60,146 bases of DNA from positions 1 through 60,146 of the forward strand of contig CANRCZ010000004.1 in NCBI GenBank assembly GCA_947629265.1. Direction: 5' to 3'. Below the pieces are notes generated by a model that saw only the letters and a list, made by a program, of their open reading frames with translations, had not been told where the DNA came from and did not search any database. This DNA comes from an uncultured Bacilli bacterium. GTDB lineage: Bacteria; Bacillota_I; Bacilli_A; RF39; UBA660. The position numbers were made by a program, and so were the translations under genes. Positions 35,634-44,751 of the stretch are shown here, piece after piece (positions within the stretch are counted from its first letter, which is position 1; each line of letters starts with the position of its first letter).

Positions 35634-36992
35634 CTAATTTATTTTTACAATAAGATTTTTCTTTTCACCATTTGATAATGTAATGGTTGCTGAATTTTGA
35701 CCTTTACTAACATGGCCAGCAGCTACAGTTGGGTTAGATGTAACTTTTCTATAACCATGACCATTTATTTCAAATCCTGCATAATCAGTAAATGCATTTC
35801 CGTTTTTAGTTACAGTAAACGTATACTGATATACTGTTCCTTCTACACCTTCAACTGGTATAGCTTTTAAAGTTAATTGATATCTTGATTTTACAGTAAC
35901 TTTGTAAGTTGCTGTTTTTCCGTTTGATGTCATTGCTGTTATAGTAATTTCACCATCTTTAACACCTGTTACTTTACCATTTTTATCAACAGTTGCAATA
36001 CTTGTATTACTACTTTTCCAAGTAACCGTTTTATTAGTTGTATTGCTTGGTGATACAGTTGCTGATAATTTAATACTTTCCTTTACATAAACCTCTTGTG
36101 GACCAGTTATTTTAACGCTTGTTGCCTCTACTACTTTCTTACTACTTGATGGTTTAGTATTTTTACTTGTACTGCTTTTCTTTGCTGTTGTAGATTTAGC
36201 TTTTACGGTAATTTTCTTTGTTGCTGTTTTTCCATTTGCTGTTTTAGCTGTTATAGTTACTGTTCCTTCTTTTTTACCAGTTACTGAACCATTATTTACA
36301 GTAGCAATTTTTTCATTACTACTAGACCAAGTTATTTCACTTATAGTAGCATTTTTAGGATTAAATGTTACTCCTAATTTTATACTGCTTCCTACGCTTA
36401 CTGAGCTAGATCCCGTAATTTTAATGCTTTCAATATCAACTTGTTCTGTTGTTACAGTTATATTACAAGTTGCACTGTGTTTTTCATCCTTTGATTTTAC
36501 AGTTACTGTTGCAGTACCCTCTTTTATAGCTTTCAAATTACCTTTATCTCCAACGGTAACAACGCTCTCATCACTTGATGAATACACTAAATCTTCTTCG
36601 GTTAATCCATCTGGTAATGAAATAATTTCAAGTTTCTTTTCATTACCTACTAACATGTTTAGCTCTGTATCAGCTAATTGTATACCAACGTCATTCCAAT
36701 GAGCCTTTAAGGTAATATCTTTTTTAATTTTAGTAGCAAAATCAAATTCTTCATTTTCATAATACCATCCATCAAAGATATACCCATCTTTAGTTGGATC
36801 AGTTGGTTTTTTTACTGTTTGATTAGCTTTAACTTTTACATCTTCTACTTTTGTACCACCATCTGAATTAAATTTAACAGTATAAGTTTTGTTTTTACAT
36901 CCTGTTAATGGCACAAGCATTATAGTCATAACTGCTAAAGCTATCAAAGTAGATAATTTCATCTTGTTTGTTTTTAATGTCATTCCTTTCAT
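35634..36992 (-). CDS. Lipoprotein with a Listeria-Bacteroides repeat and three Big_2-like Ig domains
   Basis: Lipobox LTGC. Motif DGYIFDGWYYENEEFDF. Three repeats of the S(S)S(N/D)..(I/V)ATV...G.VT..K.G..T(I/V)T pattern. The GAGGAG Shine-Dalgarno lies 7 nt upstream. Confidence 0.85.
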   Translation of the reverse strand: MKGMTLKTNKMKLSTLIALAVMTIMLVPLTGCKNKTYTVKFNSDGGTKVEDVKVKANQTVKKPTDPTKDGYIFDGWYYENEEFDFATKIKKDITLKAHWNDVGIQLADTELNMLVGNEKKLEIISLPDGLTEEDLVYSSSDESVVTVGDKGNLKAIKEGTATVTVKSKDEKHSATCNITVTTEQVDIESIKITGSSSVSVGSSIKLGVTFNPKNATISEITWSSSNEKIATVNNGSVTGKKEGTVTITAKTANGKTATKKITVKAKSTTAKKSSTSKNTKPSSSKKVVEATSVKITGPQEVYVKESIKLSATVSPSNTTNKTVTWKSSNTSIATVDKNGKVTGVKDGEITITAMTSNGKTATYKVTVKSRYQLTLKAIPVEGVEGTVYQYTFTVTKNGNAFTDYAGFEINGHGYRKVTSNPTVAAGHVSKGQNSATITLSNGEKKNLIVKIN

Positions 36993-37078
36993 AATTTTAC
37001 TCCTCTCTTACTTCCTTTATTTTAATTAATATGCATTTACATAATATTTTAAGCAATATTTTTACAACTGACATAAAA

Positions 37079-37098
37079 ATTGCTTATCATTAAGCAAT
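37079..37098. promoter_or_regulatory. Perfect palindrome ATTGCTTA-TCAT-TAAGCAAT (operator-like) with extra half-sites nearby
   Basis: 8-bp arms with a 4-bp spacer. Additional TTAAGCAAT at 37049-37057 and TGCTTAA at 37126-37132. It lies in the 410-bp region between the surface operon and the divergent XRE gene. Confidence 0.5.
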
Positions 37099-37404
37099 TT
37101 TAGGTACTATCTTTTATAGTAATACTGCTTAACGACAACTAATTACTATGCAAAGATATCTTGTTATTTTTTCAATGTAGGCATAGTAATTATTGATTAA
37201 ATTTTTTTAATTTCAAATTACCAATCCTCCTACATTCTAAAACTTGATAAGTACTCCCTATCTATTTGTATTCTATCATGTAACACTTGATAAGTCAATA
37301 AAATGTAAACAATTATACGAACAATATTTTTTATAACTATTGTTATAAAGAAATTACTTTTTTATATTTCTATAATTATGGTGATTACAACTATGTTTTT
37401 ATGA

Positions 37405-37707
37405 TTGGAGGCAGTTAATATTAATTTAGAAAGTAAAGATATTTTAGCTATCAATCTCAAATATTATCGATATTTAACCAAATTATCTCAGGAAAAGTTT
37501 GCTGAGGAGATGGATACTAGTTTAATATACATAAATCAACTTGAAAAAGGTAAAAGAAATCCCTCTTTAGAAATGTTAGATAGAATATCGGTGAGTATTT
37601 CTAATCTATTAGGTACTAACGTTCCTAGTGCTGATTTAATCACTTTTGATCAAAAGAAAATCATTAGCGCTAAAAGGGTTGATGAAAATCATAAATTATA
37701 TAATTAA
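37405..37707 (+). CDS. XRE-family helix-turn-helix transcriptional regulator
   Basis: HTH_3 pattern LTKLSQEKFAEEMDTSLIYINQLEKGKRNPSLEMLDRI. The start is uncertain: GGAGG at 37407-37411 suggests initiation a few codons downstream of the listed TTG. Confidence 0.75.
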   Translation: MEAVNINLESKDILAINLKYYRYLTKLSQEKFAEEMDTSLIYINQLEKGKRNPSLEMLDRISVSISNLLGTNVPSADLITFDQKKIISAKRVDENHKLYN

Positions 37708-37762
37708 GGAAAAAGTTTTTTGGTTGAACTAGAAAAACTTTTTTCAAACAAAAAAAGCTAAA

Positions 37763-39052
37763 TCAATTTAACTTTTTTTCTATTTTTTCCATTCCACCCA
37801 TATAAGGTTGTAAAACCTTTGGTATATTGATAGAACCATCACTTTGATAGTGTTGTTCGATAATTGCGATAATGGCTCTAGGTGAAGCGATTACTGTATT
37901 GTTTAAAGTTGCGACGAACATATTTCCATTTTCAGTTTTCATTCTGATACCTAATCTTCTAGCTTGGGCATCACCTAAAGTAGAACAAGAACCCACCTCA
38001 AAATATTTTTGTTGTCTTGGACTCCATGCTTCAACGTCACAAGACTTAACTTTAAGATCTGCTAAATCACCACTACAACACTCCAAAGTTCTAACAGCAA
38101 TATCCATGCTTCTAAAAAACTCTACTGTATAACTCCACATTTTGTTATACCATTCCATAGCCTCTTCTGGTTTACAAAGAACAACCATTTCTTGTTTTTC
38201 AAATTGATGAACACGGTATAGTCCTCTTTCCTCTAAACCATGAGCTCCAACCTCTTTTCTAAAACAAGGTGAATAAGAGGTCATCGCTATTGGTAGTTCT
38301 TTTTCATCGATAAGTTGTCCTTTAAATTTACCGATCATAGAGTGTTCTGATGTACCGATTAAATATAGATCTTCGTTTTCTATTTTATACATCATATTTT
38401 CCATTTCAGCGAAAGACATAACGCCAGTAACGACGTCGCTTCTAATCATAAATGGTGGAATACAATAAGTAAAACCTTTACTTATCATAAAGTCACGAGC
38501 ATAGGCAATAACAGCTTCATGTAATCTAGCGATATCACCTATTAAATAGTAAAAACCATTACCACTAGTTCTACCAGAACTTTCTTTATCTAAACCACCT
38601 AAATCTTCACATATATCAGCATGATATGGTATTTCATAATCAGGTACAAATGGTTCACCAAATTTTTCAATTTCGACATTTTCACTATCATCTTTACCAA
38701 TAGGTACTGAGTCATCGATCATTTGAGGAATGACCATCATTTTTTCTTGTAATTTTTCTTTTAACTTTGCTTCTTCTTTTTCGATATCAGTAAGCTTATT
38801 ATTAATATCTACAACTTGTTGTTTTTTAGTATTCGCTTCTTCAACTTGTTTATTTTTAAACAAAACACCAATCTCATCACTGATATTGTTTCTTTCTTTT
38901 CTTAGATTGTCACCATCAACTTTTAATTTTCTAATTTTTTCATCTAATTCAACTACCTCATCGACAAGTGGTAACTTTTCATCTTGAAATTTCTTTTTAA
39001 TATTTTCTTTAACTTTTTCTTTGTTTTCTCTAACAAATTTAATATCTAACAT
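37763..39052 (-). CDS. serS: Seryl-tRNA synthetase
   Basis: MLDIKFVRENKE N-terminal coiled coil. Class II motifs are present (FRKEVGAHG, YRVHQFEKQE, GSCSTLGDAQARR). The AAGAGGGA Shine-Dalgarno precedes the ATG at 39052. Confidence 0.92.
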   Translation of the reverse strand: MLDIKFVRENKEKVKENIKKKFQDEKLPLVDEVVELDEKIRKLKVDGDNLRKERNNISDEIGVLFKNKQVEEANTKKQQVVDINNKLTDIEKEEAKLKEKLQEKMMVIPQMIDDSVPIGKDDSENVEIEKFGEPFVPDYEIPYHADICEDLGGLDKESSGRTSGNGFYYLIGDIARLHEAVIAYARDFMISKGFTYCIPPFMIRSDVVTGVMSFAEMENMMYKIENEDLYLIGTSEHSMIGKFKGQLIDEKELPIAMTSYSPCFRKEVGAHGLEERGLYRVHQFEKQEMVVLCKPEEAMEWYNKMWSYTVEFFRSMDIAVRTLECCSGDLADLKVKSCDVEAWSPRQQKYFEVGSCSTLGDAQARRLGIRMKTENGNMFVATLNNTVIASPRAIIAIIEQHYQSDGSINIPKVLQPYMGGMEKIEKKLN

Positions 39053-39099
39053 TTTATCCCTCTTTCTTATTGTTTTAATACCCATTAATAACAAAAAAA

Positions 39100-39286
39100 G
39101 ACCACATATAGGAGTGTATATGACACGGTACCATCCTATTTTGTGTCTTAATTTTGATAACGGTATTACCGGAAATGTTTACATTTCACTTAGAAGTAGA
39201 TTCATAAAAGTTTATGATTAGTTTACACCAGCCACTAACTCTCTATACATAAGGTCTTTTATTACTATTCTTCGTCACAGTTTTAT
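39100..39286 (-). promoter_or_regulatory. T-box leader (Ser specifier UCU) upstream of serS
   Basis: On the minus strand: GA motif GTGACGAAGAATAGTA, then ATAGAGAG, then TGGTGTAAA. The specifier context UAUGAA-UCU-A places TCT at 39198-39200. The T-box sequence AATAGGATGGTACCGTG is at 39124-39140. A terminator hairpin and T-run end near 39100. Confidence 0.85.
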
Positions 39287-39292
39287 AAGTTA

Positions 39293-39321
39293 ATTTTACT
39301 ATGATTGAACGTCATTGTCAA
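39293..39321 (-). promoter_or_regulatory. Consensus promoter for the serS T-box leader, embedded in the last codons of the CDF gene
   Basis: On the minus strand: TTGACA (39316-39321), a 17-nt spacer, then TAAAAT (39293-39298). Confidence 0.65.
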
Positions 39322-40183
39322 CTAGCATATAAGGATTTACATGGGTTGTTATATATTCTACCTTGGGTATACTATGTTTTATTTTACCTTCGATACTATC
39401 GATGATATCATGACATTTTAATAAGGTTAAATCTTTATTCATACTAACCTCTAATGATACTTTATAACAGTATCCAAATTTTAAAACGATCAATTTATCG
39501 ATTGTTTTAATTTCTTTATTTTGTTTGATTATGTTTCTAATTTTATCTAATTCAATTTCATCTATTTCTTGTTCACCAATAACGATACTGATATTTTCTT
39601 TTAATATTTGAAAACCGGTTTTAATAATCAAGATACCAACGATTATACCAGCGATTTTATCGGTATATTTTAGTATGCCTATATAATCTTTAAACATACC
39701 TAAAATACCTGATATTAAAACAACTAAGGAACTTATAACATCGGCTTTGCTTTCGTTTCCACTTGCTATTAAGATATTATTATCGTATAATTTACCTTTT
39801 TTAATAACGTATTTTGATAGGATATATTTAGAAAGTATGGTAATCATACTTATGATAATGACGATTAATGATGAGATGGAAACACTACTTTTGGATATAT
39901 TATAGATCATGGAAAAACCTAGCATTAAGATGATGATACTAATACCGATACTGGTTAGATATTCGATTTTACCATGACCGTATGGATGTTTTGTATCAGC
40001 TGGTTTTTTAGCCATTATATTACCAAAAATAGCGAAGAAATCGGTTAATAGATCACTTAGTGAATGAACACCATCCGCTAATAAAGCACTTGATTTACTT
40101 ATAAAACCAAATAATATTTTTAAAATGGTTAAGCTTATGTTAGTAATAATACTAACGCTCATAACCTTGGTTACGTGGTTCAT
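39299..40183 (-). CDS. Cation diffusion facilitator (CDF) family metal efflux transporter
   Basis: HSLSDLLTDF, KHPYGHGKIEYL, six transmembrane segments and a C-terminal cytoplasmic domain. Confidence 0.85.
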   Translation of the reverse strand: MNHVTKVMSVSIITNISLTILKILFGFISKSSALLADGVHSLSDLLTDFFAIFGNIMAKKPADTKHPYGHGKIEYLTSIGISIIILMLGFSMIYNISKSSVSISSLIVIIISMITILSKYILSKYVIKKGKLYDNNILIASGNESKADVISSLVVLISGILGMFKDYIGILKYTDKIAGIIVGILIIKTGFQILKENISIVIGEQEIDEIELDKIRNIIKQNKEIKTIDKLIVLKFGYCYKVSLEVSMNKDLTLLKCHDIIDSIEGKIKHSIPKVEYITTHVNPYMLVDNDVQS

Positions 40184-40191
40184 CTTACCTC

Positions 40192-42798
40192 CTATTTAGC
40201 TTGATACCAATTATCACCATATTCGATATCAACTTTTAAAGGAACGGATATTTTTAATACACCCTCCATTTCTTCTTTTATGATGTTTATAACTTTTTCT
40301 TTTTCTTCGTTTAATGTATCAAAAACTAATTCATCGTGGACTTGTAAAATCATTCTACTTTTAATGTTTTCTTTTTCAAAGCGGTTATGAATGTTGATCA
40401 TAGCTTTTTTGATGATATCAGCACTTGTACCTTGGATCGGTGTATTTAATGCTATTCTTTCAGCGCTTTGTCTAATCATGTAATTTTTATTGTTTAATTC
40501 AGGGATAAAACGTTTACGATTAAACAAGGTCGTAACGTATCCTAATTCGTGAGCTTTTTCGATGGTACTATCCATATATTCTTTGATACCTGGATAAGTA
40601 CTTAGATAGTTATCGATAAATTTTTTAGCTTCTGATACGCTCGTATGAATATTACTTGATAAACCATAGCTGCTGATACCATAGACGATACCGAAATTGA
40701 CAGCTTTAGCAATTCTTCGCATGTTATTATTGACCTCTACCTCACTTACTTTAAATAGATCACTAGCGGTTTTAGTATGGATATCGATATCGTTTTTAAA
40801 GGCTTCAATCAAGGATGGGACATTCGCCATATGGGCTAAAATACGTAGTTCGATTTGGGAATAGTCACCACTTATAATAATGCTATCATCACTTGGTATA
40901 AAGGCTTTTCTAATCAATCTTCCATATTCGGTTCTAATTGGAATATTTTGTAAGTTAGGTTCGATACTTGATAATCTTCCTGTTCTAGTTAAGGTATTAG
41001 TAAATATTGTATGGATTTTATTATCGGGCATCATACTATTTTTAAGGCCCTCGATATAGGTTGCATATAGTTTAGTTAACATTCTATAATCTAAGATTTT
41101 ATTGATAATCGGATGGACGTCTTTAATCTGTTCTAAGACCTCAGCACTAGTTGAATAACCTCTTTTACTTTTTTTACCGTGTGGTAAGTTTAAGGTTTCA
41201 AACAATATATCTCCTAGTTGTTTAGGACTAGCGATATTAAAGGTCGTACCGGCCATATTATAGATATCTTTTTCTAGTAATTCTACTTTAATAGATATTT
41301 CTTCTTTCATTTTATCTAGTTCGCTGATATCGAGATTGACACCATCATATTCCATTTTACCTAGTACTCTAGATAATGGTAATTCGATATCGTAATATAG
41401 TTCTTGGATATTTTCTTTTTCTAAGCGATCGTTTAGGCTATCTTTAGTTTCATATATGAATTTAGCTTTTTTAATACATGTTATAGCACTTTCTTCTAAG
41501 GTTGGTGTTATCCATTTTTCCTTTCTTCTATAATATTCATTATCGTAAAAAGGGATACTATAATCCAAGTTATTAGCGAAATATGATATATCATCTTTGA
41601 TATTATAATCGAGTAAGTAAGCTGCTATCATGGTATCGAATTTAACTAGTGGTAAATCAAAATCTAACCATTTGAAAGCTACGTACATTTTTTTATAGTC
41701 GTATGTAAAGTCGATATTTTTTAGTTTTTTTAAACTTTCTTTTAATATTTCACTTGGTATAAATATTTGCATATTAGGGTTATATACGGCTAGACCGATG
41801 ATTGGTGATGTATGATAGTTAGTTCCAAGGATTTCTAGGTAAGCACTTGATGGTTCAGTAATGTTTATTTGGTCGATATTTTCGATTATTGTTACGTCGA
41901 TTTTATCATCTACTGGATTGGTTGTATTTTCGGATTTAATCTGTTCTTTTTTTAGTAATGAATAAAATTCTAGGTCTTCGTATATTGCGACTAATTGTTT
42001 TTCATCTTTTTCTTTCATTTTGATATCTTTTAAGGATATTTGAACGGGTGCTTCTTTATTTATGGTTGCTAAATCATAACTCATGTAAGCATTATCTTTA
42101 TCGTTAATCAGTTTATCGTGTAGTTTACCTTTTACTTTATCGATATTTTGATAGATATTATCTAAGGTTTTATATTCTTCTAACAGTTTCATAGCGGTTT
42201 TTTCACCGATACCTGCTACTCCTGGTATGTTATCGCTACTATCGCCCATTAATGCTTTTAAATCGATGATATTTTCGGGTTGGATATGCCAATCATCTTG
42301 GAAATTATCTAGGTTATATCTGATATATCCTTTTGGTTTTAAAAGTTTCATGTCGACGTCTTTACTTATAAGTTGTAATAAATCTTTATCGCTACTTATA
42401 ATGGTTCCGACAAAGTTTTCTTCTTCATCACAGTATTTAGCGAAAGTTCCGATGATATCATCGGCTTCGTAGTTATCTAATTCGTAATATTTTATACCTA
42501 AAGCTTCTAACAATTGTTTACATAATGGTATTTGTTGTAGTAGTTCGCTTGGAGTTTCGCTTCTTCCGGCTTTATAATCTTTATATTTTTCATGTCTAAA
42601 AGTTTTACCTTTATCGAAAGCGACGATCATATATGTTGGTTTTTCATCAGCGATAATTTTATTTATCATATTAGCGAAGCCAAAGACAGCATTGGTTGGC
42701 ACGTCTTTGCTATTTTTCATTAAATTACCGGTATATGCTGTTGCATAGTAGCTTCTAAAAACTAAGTTTGTTCCATCTACGAGAATTATTTTTTCCAT
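40192..42798 (-). CDS. polA: DNA polymerase I
   Basis: 5' nuclease N-terminus (ILVDGTNLVFRSYYA, GDSSDNIPGVAGIGEKTA). Pol A motifs DYSQIELRILAH, RRIAKAVNFGIVYG and QVHDELVF. Confidence 0.95.
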   Translation of the reverse strand: MEKIILVDGTNLVFRSYYATAYTGNLMKNSKDVPTNAVFGFANMINKIIADEKPTYMIVAFDKGKTFRHEKYKDYKAGRSETPSELLQQIPLCKQLLEALGIKYYELDNYEADDIIGTFAKYCDEEENFVGTIISSDKDLLQLISKDVDMKLLKPKGYIRYNLDNFQDDWHIQPENIIDLKALMGDSSDNIPGVAGIGEKTAMKLLEEYKTLDNIYQNIDKVKGKLHDKLINDKDNAYMSYDLATINKEAPVQISLKDIKMKEKDEKQLVAIYEDLEFYSLLKKEQIKSENTTNPVDDKIDVTIIENIDQINITEPSSAYLEILGTNYHTSPIIGLAVYNPNMQIFIPSEILKESLKKLKNIDFTYDYKKMYVAFKWLDFDLPLVKFDTMIAAYLLDYNIKDDISYFANNLDYSIPFYDNEYYRRKEKWITPTLEESAITCIKKAKFIYETKDSLNDRLEKENIQELYYDIELPLSRVLGKMEYDGVNLDISELDKMKEEISIKVELLEKDIYNMAGTTFNIASPKQLGDILFETLNLPHGKKSKRGYSTSAEVLEQIKDVHPIINKILDYRMLTKLYATYIEGLKNSMMPDNKIHTIFTNTLTRTGRLSSIEPNLQNIPIRTEYGRLIRKAFIPSDDSIIISGDYSQIELRILAHMANVPSLIEAFKNDIDIHTKTASDLFKVSEVEVNNNMRRIAKAVNFGIVYGISSYGLSSNIHTSVSEAKKFIDNYLSTYPGIKEYMDSTIEKAHELGYVTTLFNRKRFIPELNNKNYMIRQSAERIALNTPIQGTSADIIKKAMINIHNRFEKENIKSRMILQVHDELVFDTLNEEKEKVINIIKEEMEGVLKISVPLKVDIEYGDNWYQAK

Positions 42799-42890
42799 TT
42801 TTTACCTCACTATCTCAATTATATCATTTAAGGTTTTAATTGTAAAACCTGTTAAATTGTAATATAAAATAATATGATTGTTTAACCATA

Positions 42891-43238
42891 TTATTCGGTT
42901 GTAAATAATTTACCTAATATCCAATACATAACCAGTTGAAAAGGTATTATCACTATAATTGCTAGTACCAACATGATTATTAAGTTGGAGCTAGCGCTTA
43001 TAATGAACAGTGTACCCGATATTATGAAAGAATTGGTTAATGCGATGGCGTGGGCTAAAGTTTTTATGTTTGTTTTTTCTAAATTCACGCCATATCTTGT
43101 TACTAAGTATGATACATAGGCATTATTTTTAAATTTTGCTAATTTTTTCTTTCTTGATATTATAAATATAACGTATAAAAGGTATATAACCACAAAGGAT
43201 ATTGCGCTAAATATAAAATCATTCATATGTATTTCCAT
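42891..43238 (-). CDS. Small membrane protein, unknown function
   Basis: Three hydrophobic segments, with a GGTGAT Shine-Dalgarno upstream of the ATG. Confidence 0.55.
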   Translation of the reverse strand: MEIHMNDFIFSAISFVVIYLLYVIFIISRKKKLAKFKNNAYVSYLVTRYGVNLEKTNIKTLAHAIALTNSFIISGTLFIISASSNLIIMLVLAIIVIIPFQLVMYWILGKLFTTE

Positions 43239-43301
43239 TTTTTATCACCAATTATATTATATAATAATATCCAAAATATGACAAGTTAATATTTTATTAT
43301 T

Positions 43302-44558
43302 TTAATTTAGTCCAACCAAAGTCCAAGCATTTTTGTTTCCTACTGTATCTGGTTCTTGTCCTGTAGTTATAATGTTAGCTTTTAATTCAACTACTGGACG
43401 GAAACCCATCGAACTAGAGAATGACCCTGTACTATAACTGCCACTTGAAATAATACGATATAAATCACCGCTTGTTGGTCCTTCAGTAGCTAGCCAATAA
43501 ACTCCACCGGTTGCTCTTAATGTATTGTTTTCGGGAGTAATAGCATCTGTATCTTCCTTTTTCATTGATCGAGCTGATTGAGCGTATTTATTTACGTACG
43601 TACTTTGAGCTCTTTCATCTAGTGCTTTTAAACTTTCACTGCTATTTCCAAATGCATGATAGTAACATTCTGGTTCACCGGCATGCACAATGGTTACGGT
43701 TTTAGCTTTCTCGTCTTTAGATAACACTCGCCAACCTTGTAAGCTTGGAACCATATGTTCATTATAAGTATAACATCCAACACTTGCATTCTTATTTTTG
43801 CTAGTACCATTCTCATATCCACCAAAGTCGCCTTGTTGTGTTGGTCTTCCCTTTGTTTCTGCCCAAGCCCCTGCGTCATACGCTACGTAGTCTCCCTCTT
43901 TTACTACACTAGCTAAATAATCATTTACTTTTATTTCAACACTTGCACTCTTTCCATTTACAGTTTTGGCTGTTATTTTAGCAGTTCCTAAACCTTGACC
44001 TGTAACTTTACCTGTTCCATCAACTGTAGCAATCTTTTCATCACTACTCTTCCAAGTTATTGTTTTATTTGTTACACTATTAGGTGTTATATTAGCTGTT
44101 AATTGTAGTGTTTCACCCTTCATTACTGTATCATCTGTTTTAGTTATTTCGATGCTTTCAGCATATACGTCATTGCTTCTGCCAGCTACTGTATAATCAT
44201 TTCCATCATATTCTATTAAATATCCGCTTATTGCTAAAGAAGCACTTGTCACATTTCTTTTATCATCTATTTCGATACTACCACTATCTGGTTTTGTTCC
44301 TTTTAATTCTACTAAATCATTTAATTCAGATACAGAGTAAGTCTCACCTGACTCTAAATTTCCTGAACCACCATCTAATTCACTAGTTATCATATAAGTT
44401 TCTACAGCTTTTATATAACTTGTAGCACTAGCTTTCGCTGCTCCCTCTCTAGCTTTATTTATTAAGTTTAAAACAATTGGTGTTGCAATCAAGGCTATGA
44501 TTGCTAGTATAACAATTACTGCCAACAATTCAATTAATGTAAAACCTTTTTTCTTCAT
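43302..44558 (-). CDS. Prepilin-type N-terminal methylation-motif protein with a Big_2 domain and an uncharacterised C-terminal domain
   Basis: MKKKGFTLIELLAVIVILAIIALIA (class III signal, G/FTLIE). Big_2-like segment TWKSSDEKIATVDGTGKVTGQGLGTAKITAKT. The C-terminal roughly 205 aa are paralogous to the ORF at 59323-60146. Confidence 0.85.
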   Translation of the reverse strand: MKKKGFTLIELLAVIVILAIIALIATPIVLNLINKAREGAAKASATSYIKAVETYMITSELDGGSGNLESGETYSVSELNDLVELKGTKPDSGSIEIDDKRNVTSASLAISGYLIEYDGNDYTVAGRSNDVYAESIEITKTDDTVMKGETLQLTANITPNSVTNKTITWKSSDEKIATVDGTGKVTGQGLGTAKITAKTVNGKSASVEIKVNDYLASVVKEGDYVAYDAGAWAETKGRPTQQGDFGGYENGTSKNKNASVGCYTYNEHMVPSLQGWRVLSKDEKAKTVTIVHAGEPECYYHAFGNSSESLKALDERAQSTYVNKYAQSARSMKKEDTDAITPENNTLRATGGVYWLATEGPTSGDLYRIISSGSYSTGSFSSSMGFRPVVELKANIITTGQEPDTVGNKNAWTLVGLN

Positions 44559-44751
44559 ATAATTCTCCTTTACTTCCTATTATTCACATAATAAAATATA
44601 ATATACTTATGTTTTCATTATGTGGCTTATTATATGAATAGTATACCACTTAAAATTTATAAAATCAACTTAAAATGCGATATTTAGCCACGCAATGAAA
44701 AATTTACCATTTTTTACCATCTTCTATTATAAAATTAAATCGGTGACAAAT

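Noticed and set aside
44600-44751. The direct repeat TTACCAT-TTTT-TTACCAT and the distant inverted repeat GTGGCT...AGCCAC upstream of the double-HTH gene could be operators.
   Set aside because: The motifs are short (6-7 nt) and sit in very AT-rich DNA. Chance occurrence is likely, and there is no second supporting copy elsewhere in the window.
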